From the NCBI GenBank assembly GCA_041288045.1, contig JBGGMM010000181.1:1-42236 (forward strand): DNA of 42,236 nucleotides, written 5' to 3'. Positions within the stretch are counted from its first letter, which is position 1. The number at the start of each line of letters is the position of its first letter. The stretch comes from Pseudobdellovibrionaceae bacterium. Lineage in GTDB: Bacteria; Bdellovibrionota; Bdellovibrionia; Bdellovibrionales; Bdellovibrionaceae. Under the pieces are notes generated by a model. It did not search any database and was not told the DNA's origin. It was given only the letters and a program-made list of their open reading frames with translations. This document shows positions 9,110 to 17,707 of the stretch, in pieces. The position numbers were made by a program, and so were the translations under genes.

Positions 9110-9928
9110 ATGAAAGCCATCTGCTTCTTCGCCATCGCTTTTTTCGTTCTTGGTTTTGTCATCATCGCACAAGCCAAAGTCGATTTTAAAAAAGTTTTTG
9201 GTGAGCGGGATGGGTGTTTTCTGATTTCGGATTTGCAAACTGGGAAGGTCCTGGCTGAATACAATCAAACCCGGTGCAAAGAGCGCTTTTCGCCTTGTTC
9301 GACTTTTAAGATTCCGGCAGCGTTGATGGCTTTTGAGAAAGGTATTTTCAAAGATGAAAATCACCTCATCCCCTGGGACCATGTGAAAAGAGACCGGGAA
9401 GAATTGAACAAGGATCAAACTCCTTTTACTTTTATGAGCAATTCGGCGAAATGGGTAACCGAGTGGATCCTGCCTCAAATCGGCAAGACTCAGATCCAGT
9501 CTTTTTTGAAGAGCTTTCAGTATGGGAACCAGGATTTTTCCGGTGGTCTTCAAAATGCTTGGGTGAGTTCGAGTTTGAAAATTTCAGCGCATGAGCAAGT
9601 GGCTTTTCTGTCCAATTTTTGGAATCAAAAGCTGGGTCTTTCAAATCGAACTACGGATCTGACGAAGAAGATCATCTTCATTAAAAAGTTTGGGGAGAAA
9701 GCTGAGCTTTACGGCAAGACCGGGACGGGGTGTTTGGATGGCAACCAATGCTTCAGTCAACCGGGCCCAATGCTTGGATGGTTTGTCGGAATCCTGAAGA
9801 CTGATTCGAAGCAGTATGTCTTTGCTGGAAATGCTGCGGACCTAAAGCCACAGAAATCGCCTGCGGGTCCTCGAATGCGAGAGACTGTGATTGAGATTCT
9901 CAAGGGGATGAAATTAACATCGGAGTGA
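9110..9928 (+). CDS. Class D beta-lactamase / BlaR-sensor-like penicillin-binding protein, secreted
   Basis: Signal peptide, PCSTFKIP (SxxK), YGN, omega-loop Trp, LKISA, YGKTGTG, GWFVG. The SxV motif reads SAK. Confidence 0.85.
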   Translation: MKAICFFAIAFFVLGFVIIAQAKVDFKKVFGERDGCFLISDLQTGKVLAEYNQTRCKERFSPCSTFKIPAALMAFEKGIFKDENHLIPWDHVKRDREELNKDQTPFTFMSNSAKWVTEWILPQIGKTQIQSFLKSFQYGNQDFSGGLQNAWVSSSLKISAHEQVAFLSNFWNQKLGLSNRTTDLTKKIIFIKKFGEKAELYGKTGTGCLDGNQCFSQPGPMLGWFVGILKTDSKQYVFAGNAADLKPQKSPAGPRMRETVIEILKGMKLTSE

Positions 9929-10011
9929 AGTTCATCTCAAATCGTTTTCACTTTCTGCGAAAACTTGCCAGTAAAGGACCTCAGAGTTAGGAAGACAGCT
10001 CAGGAGGTCCT

Positions 10012-10449
10012 ATGCGACACTTATTTTTCGTGGTTTCTCTTTTTTCATCTTTGGTTTTGGCGGATATGAAGCCCGGGGCTTATCAGGGTTTGGATCAAAG
10101 CGGCAAAGCCTGCAAATTCACTCTGGGTGAGGGCTGGTTTGAAGACAATTTGCCTCATCCTTTGAATGAGAGAGTTCCTGTCAGCGGGATTGGGTTTGAA
10201 GGTCAGACTTTGGATCAAGCTGTTTGGAATGTCGCTCATCCTCCGCAGTTGGATGTCCAAGAAGGTCGTGTGCGTTTCAATCATGACAGCTTCACGCAAA
10301 TCGTTGCCACTCCATTTGGAGCGGTGAGTGTGGTGTTACTGAAAGATTCAGCTGAATCTTCAGAAGGCCACAAACCTTCAGGTTTGGTTTATATCGAAGA
10401 TCATTACAAGAACGCGACAGATTCCAAAAAGTTGACTTGCACGCTGTAA
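10012..10449 (+). CDS. Secreted hypothetical protein
   Basis: AGGAGG SD, Sec signal ending VLA, two Cys (one early, one C-terminal). Confidence 0.75.
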   Translation: MRHLFFVVSLFSSLVLADMKPGAYQGLDQSGKACKFTLGEGWFEDNLPHPLNERVPVSGIGFEGQTLDQAVWNVAHPPQLDVQEGRVRFNHDSFTQIVATPFGAVSVVLLKDSAESSEGHKPSGLVYIEDHYKNATDSKKLTCTL

Positions 10450-10530
10450 AACAAATGCAAAATCTCCCGCTGTGCACCATTCAGTAGAAAAACTCTTGCG
10501 AAGATGAGTTGATGAAGCAAAAGTGCTTTT

Positions 10531-11055
10531 ATGAATATAAAAGCACTTTTCTCAATTTTATTACTGGTCAGTTCAGCTTCAGCTGCGGATTCGCTTGTTG
10601 AGACCAATGAATTTGAAAAGCTGGATGGATGTTATGACATGCTCTCAGGACGCCTGGATGGGGTGTTGTACTCGGTTGAAATTAAATCGGAACCAGATTC
10701 TTGTTCTGGATCGAGCGTTGGAAAAACAAGCTTTATTGTGACCACATCGAAAAATGGCCGGCAGACCAAGTCGACATGGTTTGATATGCATATTTTAAAA
10801 AGTGGCGGGCAGTTTACCTTGGCCGAAGATAAAGTCGCTTATAAATATCAGGGGCCTGATCACTATGGCTGTAATTTAAAGGACAATATGATTTTGGTCG
10901 AATCTCTTTCCTTTGATTCCCGCCAAGATGAAGCATTCGACGTCCGCTGGTTCGGTATGCACTGTGATCTTCCGATGTCATACAAAAAGTGCGAGTCTTT
11001 AGCTCTCATCTGGAAATGGCAATTAAGAAAATCTGCGGATTGCAATCCGAAATAA
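10531..11055 (+). CDS. Secreted Cys-rich hypothetical protein
   Basis: Sec signal ending ASA; six Cys in the mature part. Confidence 0.7.
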   Translation: MNIKALFSILLLVSSASAADSLVETNEFEKLDGCYDMLSGRLDGVLYSVEIKSEPDSCSGSSVGKTSFIVTTSKNGRQTKSTWFDMHILKSGGQFTLAEDKVAYKYQGPDHYGCNLKDNMILVESLSFDSRQDEAFDVRWFGMHCDLPMSYKKCESLALIWKWQLRKSADCNPK

Positions 11056-11059
11056 AACT

Positions 11060-11827
11060 TTAAAGCAAATCCATTGTTCCAAGCCACTGCCGAATCTGAT
11101 CACAAACCCACTGCGGATCCTCGAGCGGAATGTCATGTCCCGCTTTTGGGTTCACATGCGGCTTTAAAGTCCACATCTCGCCAATTCGATCTGTGCAAGA
11201 CGGATTCACCAATTGATCCTGGGCTCCGCTCAGAAGAAGAATTTCTGTTCTGGGTTTCTGCTTTGGGAATTCGTAAGTTCCTGCCGCCACCAATTGGCGC
11301 ACCAAATTCATTCGGCTGGTCGGTTCAATTTTTGCGAAATTGTCTGCCCACTCTTCTTTGTTTTCATCTTTGAGATTGGTGGTGGTGATATCGAGAATTT
11401 CTTTTTCCAGAAACGGATTGGTGTGTTTGCTAATGAAATTGAGGACCTTCAGGTAATTTGAAGGGCGCATGCGCTGAAAAAAAGAAGATGTGCCGCGGTC
11501 GCTGGTATTCGCAATGACTAAGCCTTCAATTTCTTCAGGATAAAGCTTGGCCCATTCAACGCCAACCATGGAGCTCAGGGAGATCGTCATCAGATAAACG
11601 GATTCGCCCTGCTGAATCCATTTCGACCGCGCTCGCAAATCGCGAACGTTGTCGGTGATGGAAAGGCAGCTGGGGCTGTGAACCAAATGGCCATTGCCCC
11701 GCAAATCCAATTGCTCGATCTGGTCATCGGGAAACATCTTTTGAAATTCAGGGATAAATGGTCCCCAGTGAATGGTGTGGCGGCCCAGGCCCCGGACGAA
11801 AATCCATTTGCGCGGATTACTTGCCAT
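11060..11827 (-). CDS. Alpha/beta-fold hydrolase
   Basis: VRGLGR..HW, DLRGNG, nucleophile elbow TISLSSM, acid DQLV, His in GHDIPLEDP. Confidence 0.85.
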   Translation of the reverse strand: MASNPRKWIFVRGLGRHTIHWGPFIPEFQKMFPDDQIEQLDLRGNGHLVHSPSCLSITDNVRDLRARSKWIQQGESVYLMTISLSSMVGVEWAKLYPEEIEGLVIANTSDRGTSSFFQRMRPSNYLKVLNFISKHTNPFLEKEILDITTTNLKDENKEEWADNFAKIEPTSRMNLVRQLVAAGTYEFPKQKPRTEILLLSGAQDQLVNPSCTDRIGEMWTLKPHVNPKAGHDIPLEDPQWVCDQIRQWLGTMDLL

Positions 11828-12911
11828 GGGAACCTCGATACCACTGATCTAGAGCCCGCTCAGAGAATTTATTTTTTTGCTCAGGGCCTAAGCTGGACCA
11901 GCTCGAATGCGAAAGTGTGGAGCGAATCAGAAAATCAAAAAAAGTCATATGCCTTCTTAAAATGCGTTTGTGGCGATGCGGTTTGATCGGATTAAAAGGG
12001 CCCAGGCTTGAGAAAATCTGCAGTGGATTTTTTCTCACCCAAAGCCAAGATCCCATCTCGAGCGCCAGTGCCAAATAGGCATTGGGATTCACTTTGCGAA
12101 ATTCGTCATAAATGTAATCCCACAAATCTCCATGGGTCGTGTAATGCACAGTCTGGGGCTCAATTTTATAAAAGTGATGGGGATGAGTGCGCTGAAAATT
12201 TTCACTGAGAGCATAAATTTCAGCCAGATGCGGAAAGGGCTTTTGAGATTTCGCGTAGGGAAACCAAATCTGATCTTGAATCCCAAAGCCCGAATGAAAA
12301 TCCACAGTGATCACAGCCTCTGACTGGAAAAATTGTTTTTCACAAAACTCAATCAGTGCTTTCGCCTCTGGCTCCAAATGCCCATAGCCGCGAAACCAAG
12401 GAAGCTTGGGGGAAAGCTTCTGACCCCCCACCAAAAAAGTCGGTTTATCTTCGGCATCAATCGGCGCATTTCGCATCAGATCCACGCCCTGCGGATTGGA
12501 TCTCGTCTTCTCCATCATCCCCAGCGGATTGATCATCGGAAAAAACAACAGACGAATTTTTTTGAGCGAGTGCTGAAGCATTTCGTCCCAAAGACGCATT
12601 TCCAAAAAACTCTGCAGAAGCGACAGCACGACCTGCGCGCCAATCCTCTCCAGCCCATGCACACCCCCAAAAAGTCCCAGCACGGGAGCTTTCGGATCTG
12701 GATTGCCAAATTCAAAAGCAATCAACGGAAGCTGATTTTCAGAATTTTGAGTGTTGCCCAGAAAATGAATCTGGCCCTGTCCTTCGACTTGGGCCAGAAG
12801 TTTTTCCAGAGTGAGCCACTCGGGTAGTTTTTTTTCTAAGAGACTGCGGCTGGGAATTCGCTCGATGCTGTCAGGGTGGAATGATGGACTTGCGAATCCG
12901 TTGACGGACAT
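11817..12911 (-). CDS. M14-family zinc carboxypeptidase/deacylase
   Basis: GGVHGLE (HxxE), NPLG..R.N..GVDLMRN, DFHSG, catalytic Glu in LEMG. Start overlaps the upstream gene by 76 bp. Confidence 0.85.
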   Translation of the reverse strand: MSVNGFASPSFHPDSIERIPSRSLLEKKLPEWLTLEKLLAQVEGQGQIHFLGNTQNSENQLPLIAFEFGNPDPKAPVLGLFGGVHGLERIGAQVVLSLLQSFLEMRLWDEMLQHSLKKIRLLFFPMINPLGMMEKTRSNPQGVDLMRNAPIDAEDKPTFLVGGQKLSPKLPWFRGYGHLEPEAKALIEFCEKQFFQSEAVITVDFHSGFGIQDQIWFPYAKSQKPFPHLAEIYALSENFQRTHPHHFYKIEPQTVHYTTHGDLWDYIYDEFRKVNPNAYLALALEMGSWLWVRKNPLQIFSSLGPFNPIKPHRHKRILRRHMTFFDFLIRSTLSHSSWSSLGPEQKNKFSERALDQWYRGSHGK

Positions 12912-13720
12912 AAGTTGTATTTTCTCCAGAGAGCTCTATTTAAGTTCTCTCTTTCAAGGATGGTCAAGAAATCGATGCATTTGAATTCCTGGTCATAGGC
13001 CGGCTCTCCACCAAGCGACGCACCAGCTTTCAAATAAGCACGGCACAGGGGAGGGATCAGAGCTGTAACTTCGGATTGCTCTTCCAAAGAAAGCGGCCTT
13101 TTCATCGATTGAATCCAAAGATTCAAAGCCGGCATCGCATACTTCATCGTCGGCGGGCAAAGCGAATTTTCCTGAAAGCGCTCTTCCAATTCAAAATGTC
13201 GGTAAAGCAAAGCCGCCTGTCTAGCGCTCTCTGTTTTGATCGAAGCGCAGCCAAACAAAACGTCGGAATTGGTTTTATTCATGTACTCACCAATGCCACG
13301 CCAAAGAAGTGCAATCACAATACCTCGGCGAAAATCTTTGTGAATGCAAGCTCGTCCCAGCTCGAGCTTCGTCCCCGGTCTTTCCAGAATTCGCCGCAAA
13401 TTAAATTCATTGGCCGAATAAAACTGCTGCGAGAACAATGAGCAATTGAGCCGGTAGGTGCCGACGATCTTCATTGTTTTCTTTTCTTGAATGATCAAGT
13501 GATCGCAGATGAAGTCAAATTCATCCACATCGATCCCACGAGGTTTGCTTTTGCCGATCATTTCACGATGAAAGACTTCATAACGAAGACGCAGAGCTTC
13601 GATCAGCTCTTCACTGTTGGTCACCGTTTTTAAAATAAACGGTCCCTTGTCATTGAGAATCTCCACCTTCGGTCTGAACTGATGAACGCGGTTCTTTCGA
13701 ATCTGAAAGAATTCAAGCAT
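12836..13720 (-). CDS. OlsB-like GNAT (ornithine/amino acid N-acyltransferase, Acetyltransf_5 type)
   Basis: LRYEVF, D.DEFD..CDHL, VGTYRL, FYS..EF, LELGRACIH.DFR, LLWRGI, LFGCAS, PPL.RAYL..GA, PAYD.EF..IDF. GGAGG SD. Confidence 0.85.
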   Translation of the reverse strand: MLEFFQIRKNRVHQFRPKVEILNDKGPFILKTVTNSEELIEALRLRYEVFHREMIGKSKPRGIDVDEFDFICDHLIIQEKKTMKIVGTYRLNCSLFSQQFYSANEFNLRRILERPGTKLELGRACIHKDFRRGIVIALLWRGIGEYMNKTNSDVLFGCASIKTESARQAALLYRHFELEERFQENSLCPPTMKYAMPALNLWIQSMKRPLSLEEQSEVTALIPPLCRAYLKAGASLGGEPAYDQEFKCIDFLTILERENLNRALWRKYNLCPSTDSQVHHSTLTASSEFPAAVS

Positions 13721-13860
13721 GGCCCCTCCTTGTGCTTGAATTTATTGTGCGCGAGATCAGGCTCTGGAAATGTCAGGCTTTGGTAGGGCTTCCGTCAGGG
13801 TATTGCTGCGCGGCATTTCTCTGGCCATAGGTCCAAATCAAGGATACCTTGCTTCGACTC

Positions 13861-15237
13861 ATGTTCAAAAAAGTCATCAAGATTTTAGCATCTTTGAAAC
13901 TGGCCGTTGTGGTGATCCTTGCCTTGGCCGCGTTGATATCGGCGGGCACCATTGTCGAATCCAGATTGGACGCGCAGGCCGCCGCCAAACTTGTTTATCA
14001 CACTTGGTTTATGTTTCTCACTCTGGGAACTCTGTGCACAGTGCTCATTGCCGTCATGGTGGATCGCTGGCCTTGGAAGAAAAGACACATTCCTTTTCTG
14101 CTCGCGCACATTGGGATTTTAATTCTGCTTTCAGGTTCATGGATCACTCACAAGTACGGCCTGGACGGAACCATGCGATTTGGAATCGGCGAAAAAAATC
14201 GCTTCGTCACTGTGCCGGCCACCGATTTGACTGTTTGGTATTCAGCTGATGGGGATCGCTACACCAAGCTGGTTGAACAAGAAGTGGATTTCTTTTTGAA
14301 ATCACCGAAAAAAAATCCATTCCGTCTGCCCATGATGGAAGGGGAGCTGGTGATTGACGATTATGAACCCTATGTCAGCGCCAGCCGCAATATCACTCCA
14401 AGCCAGCAAGAAAAAGTCGGAAGTGCGCTGCGCTTTCAACTTCAAAACGCCAATGCCAATATCAATGAGTGGCTCTTTCAGCCAAAGCAAGGGCAGGGGG
14501 TTACGAATCAATTCGGTTTGGCTCAACTGTCGCTTGGCATTCCTGCCGATTTGAAAAGGGCTGAAAACGCTTTGTATTTGAATCCGAAAAATGAAAACGA
14601 AGTCGATTATGTTCTCACTTACAGAGATCCTCAACGAAAACCTCTCAAAGGAACGTTGAAAGAAGGTCAAAACTTTCAAACCGGTTGGATGGGGCTTGAA
14701 TTCAAGCTGCTTCGCTACTTTCAAAAAGCCGAAGAAAAATTTGATTTTAAAAAATTAGAGCGCCCAACAGAACTTTCAACCTCTGCCATTCAAATTCAGT
14801 TTCAAGGGAAAACCCATTGGGTGCAACTCAATGATGTGCTGAAACTTTTCACTGACAAAGCGGTTTACATTTTAACTTATGGCAATCGTCGCATCGATTT
14901 GGGTTTTCAACTGGATTTAAAAAAATTCGAAATCGGAAGATACCAGGGAACTATGCGAGCGGCTTCTTACCAAAGCTTGGTGGCCACTCCTGAAGGAACA
15001 GAAACATTGATCTCCATGAATGAGCCTTTGAAATACAAAGGTCTCACCTTTTATCAAGCGAGCTTTCAAGAGGGTCCTGACAAGGAACCTATCGCTTCGA
15101 TTCTGTCGGTGAATTATGATCCCGGTCGTTGGATTAAATACCTGGGCTGTTTGCTGATTTGTCTGGGAACAATCTGGCTTTTTTACAACAAGCGAAAGGC
15201 GGCAAGGGCGCAAGCGCCAAAGCCGGGTGAGTTATGA
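13861..15237 (+). CDS. resB: System II cytochrome c biogenesis protein, ResB/CcsB/Ccs1 family
   Basis: LASLKLAV..., GT.VES, AHIGILIL, large periplasmic domain, MNEPL.Y.G.TFYQAS, DPG..IKY.G. ATGA-coupled to ccsA. Confidence 0.85.
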   Translation: MFKKVIKILASLKLAVVVILALAALISAGTIVESRLDAQAAAKLVYHTWFMFLTLGTLCTVLIAVMVDRWPWKKRHIPFLLAHIGILILLSGSWITHKYGLDGTMRFGIGEKNRFVTVPATDLTVWYSADGDRYTKLVEQEVDFFLKSPKKNPFRLPMMEGELVIDDYEPYVSASRNITPSQQEKVGSALRFQLQNANANINEWLFQPKQGQGVTNQFGLAQLSLGIPADLKRAENALYLNPKNENEVDYVLTYRDPQRKPLKGTLKEGQNFQTGWMGLEFKLLRYFQKAEEKFDFKKLERPTELSTSAIQIQFQGKTHWVQLNDVLKLFTDKAVYILTYGNRRIDLGFQLDLKKFEIGRYQGTMRAASYQSLVATPEGTETLISMNEPLKYKGLTFYQASFQEGPDKEPIASILSVNYDPGRWIKYLGCLLICLGTIWLFYNKRKAARAQAPKPGEL

Positions 15238-16883
15238 AGCACATTTTTTCCTTTCTGATTTTATTTTTCTCTTTGCATCTTCAAGCCGCTGAAGGGATTT
15301 CCGGTCTGGCAGTTCAAGACGCCGGTCGGATCAAGCCCTTTGACACTTTCGCCCGCGAATCTCTGCAACTGATTCATGGCAAAGACACTTTTAAAATGGA
15401 AAAGGGCAATCAGCCCGCCAGGCCCGCCACCGAAATCCTGATGACCTGGCTCTTGCAGCCAGGAGCTTGGGAGAAAACTCCGCTGTTTGAAATCCGCTAC
15501 GGTGAACTCAAAAAAGGTCTGAAGCTCCCTTCTGAGCAAAGACATTTTTCCTATGCCGAAATCATGGGAGCGGATCGATTGCCGACTCTCATGCAAGATC
15601 TCAGCAGTCGCCTGCAAGCCAAAGAGAAGCTAGACCCCTACTTTCAAGCGGTGCAAAGACTGGAATCACAGCTCTTCACTTTTCGTGAAATCGCCGCCGG
15701 TCGCATGGTGCGTTTAGTCCCGCCAAAAGAAGGTCACACTTGGAAGTCCGTGGCCGAACTGGACGGGGAGCTACAAGAAAAATTCATGGCGATCACCCAG
15801 GCTTTCGTTCCTCTTTTGGGGGTTGTCGTGGATCCCTCGTCGAGCTCTGATCGAAAAAAAGAAGTGGAAAGTCAATTCAATGGGGCGGTTGAAAAGTTCA
15901 AACAATCAGCTCGAGCTGAGAATCCCACACTCTATCCGCCGGAAAGTCGTCTGGATTTGGAAATCCATTACAATCATTTTCATCCTTTCAAATGGAGTTG
16001 GATTCTGTATCTGCTCGGAACCATCTGCGTTTTTCTTGCTTGGATTTTGGGGAAAGAAGGATTTTACAAACCGGCTTGGATTTTTGTGATTCTTGGATTT
16101 CTTTTGCACACTTACGGATTTGGCATTCGCAGTTACTTGGCGGGACGGCCACCTGTGTCCAATATGTATGAAACGGTGATTTGGGTTGGTTGGGGTTCGG
16201 TGCTTTTCTCAATGGTCATCGAGGCGATGTACCGATGGCGATTTATTTTGCTGGCCGGTACCCTGGTTGGCTCCTTCTGTCTGATTCTTGCCGATTTGGC
16301 GCCAGTGATTTTGGATCCATCTCTGCAGCCTCTCGAACCTGTGCTTCGAAACAATTTCTGGCTTCTCATTCACGTTTTGACGATCACCATCAGTTATGCC
16401 GCTTTCTTTCTGGCCTTCGGCTTGGGGGACATCGGTTTGATCTTTTATTTAAAAGATGAATCCAAATACCGCGATCGCCTGAAAGCCATCACTCTCGCCA
16501 TTTACCGGGCGATGCAAATCGGGGTTTCGCTTCTCGCTCCCGGAATTATTTTGGGTGGGATCTGGGCTGATTACAGCTGGGGACGTTTCTGGGGTTGGGA
16601 TCCAAAGGAGACCTGGGCACTGATCGCACTGCTTGGATATCTTGCCGTTCTACATGGAAGACTCGGCGGTTGGCTGAAAGATTTCGGCATGGTTGCTTCT
16701 GCAGTGATCACTTTTTCTTTGGTGATCATGGCCTGGTACGGAGTGAACTTCGTTCTAGGGGCCGGACTTCACTCTTATGGATTCGGTGCTGGTGGAGTTG
16801 GATATGTCTCTGTCTTTGTCGCCCTTCATCTTCTCTTCGTGATTTTTGTTGGAGTGGTTCGCTTCGGGCGCTTGAAAAAATAA
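15234..16883 (+). CDS. ccsA: System II cytochrome c synthase CcsA/ResC
   Basis: PVSNMYE, WLLIHV, WWD motif GGIWADYSWGRFWGWDPKETWAL, GLHSY. Confidence 0.95.
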   Translation: MKHIFSFLILFFSLHLQAAEGISGLAVQDAGRIKPFDTFARESLQLIHGKDTFKMEKGNQPARPATEILMTWLLQPGAWEKTPLFEIRYGELKKGLKLPSEQRHFSYAEIMGADRLPTLMQDLSSRLQAKEKLDPYFQAVQRLESQLFTFREIAAGRMVRLVPPKEGHTWKSVAELDGELQEKFMAITQAFVPLLGVVVDPSSSSDRKKEVESQFNGAVEKFKQSARAENPTLYPPESRLDLEIHYNHFHPFKWSWILYLLGTICVFLAWILGKEGFYKPAWIFVILGFLLHTYGFGIRSYLAGRPPVSNMYETVIWVGWGSVLFSMVIEAMYRWRFILLAGTLVGSFCLILADLAPVILDPSLQPLEPVLRNNFWLLIHVLTITISYAAFFLAFGLGDIGLIFYLKDESKYRDRLKAITLAIYRAMQIGVSLLAPGIILGGIWADYSWGRFWGWDPKETWALIALLGYLAVLHGRLGGWLKDFGMVASAVITFSLVIMAWYGVNFVLGAGLHSYGFGAGGVGYVSVFVALHLLFVIFVGVVRFGRLKK

Positions 16884-16889
16884 GCGCCC
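16866..16889 (+). terminator. Hairpin spanning the ccsA stop codon
   Basis: GGGCGCTT-N8-AAGCGCCC 8-bp stem with only a weak A/U tail. Confidence 0.4.
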
Positions 16890-17140
16890 ATATTGATCTG
16901 CGTCGAAAATTTCTTGTTTTCAAATCCTCTCTTTTAAGAAATCCTTTGAAATGCACAAAGCTAACGCAGCGGTTGATTAGAAACTGAGCAACTTTTTGAA
17001 GGCCTCGAGGATTTTCATTGGGTTTTCAAAAACGCGTTGATTTGTCAGATGTTTAGGTTTTTAAATAGGTGACAAACGACGTCTTGATAAGACGTTCATA
17101 ATTGAGAAACATTCCACTTCAGCTTGCGAAGGAATTCGTC

Positions 17141-17686
17141 ATGCATCAAAGATTTTCGGCAGGTTCTCTGTCTTTCGCGCTCTCGGTGCTCGCGGTTGCT
17201 GCTGCATTCGCACTCACAGGATGCGATCAACTTCATAAACTTGGAATTGGCTACAATCGCGGATATCAACCCGATCAACCAATTCCATTCGATCACTCCG
17301 TTCACGTTGGGCAAAATAAAATTCAGTGTCAGTACTGCCACAATCAAGTGGAAAGATCCGCTCATTCCAACATTCCGGCGTTGAGCACTTGCATGAACTG
17401 CCATCTCACTGTGAAAACCGACAGTCCGCATATTCAAAAACTCCGCGATGCCTATGACAAAGGCAAATCCATTGAGTGGGTGAATGTTCACATGCTTCCG
17501 GATTTTGTTCACTTCAATCACTCGGCTCACATTCAGCGGGGAGTGAACTGTCAGACTTGCCACGGGCCCATCGAAACCATGCAGAAAGTTTATCAGTATG
17601 AAACTCTCAGCATGGGCTGGTGTGTGAACTGCCACCGACAGCCTGAGAACCGAGCTCCTTTGAACTGTTCAACTTGTCACAACTAA
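17141..17686 (+). CDS. actA: Alternative complex III pentaheme cytochrome c subunit ActA
   Basis: Five CxxCH (CQYCH, CMNCH, CQTCH, CVNCH, CSTCH), QPIPFDH..H, LPDFVHFNHS.H, LSMGWC. Lipobox-like LTGC. Confidence 0.92.
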   Translation: MHQRFSAGSLSFALSVLAVAAAFALTGCDQLHKLGIGYNRGYQPDQPIPFDHSVHVGQNKIQCQYCHNQVERSAHSNIPALSTCMNCHLTVKTDSPHIQKLRDAYDKGKSIEWVNVHMLPDFVHFNHSAHIQRGVNCQTCHGPIETMQKVYQYETLSMGWCVNCHRQPENRAPLNCSTCHN

Positions 17687-17707
17687 ACGAAAAGTGTGTG
17701 GGATTAT

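Noticed and set aside
8079..9553. Long antisense ORFs 8079-8804 and 9008-9553 (also 21493-22185, 41468-42151 and similar)
   Set aside because: They are shadows of well-supported genes on the opposite strand and carry no motifs.
16893..16906. FNR-like site TTGAT-CTGC-GTCGA upstream of actA
   Set aside because: Two mismatches in one half-site, ~235 bp from the start, and no linked promoter identified.
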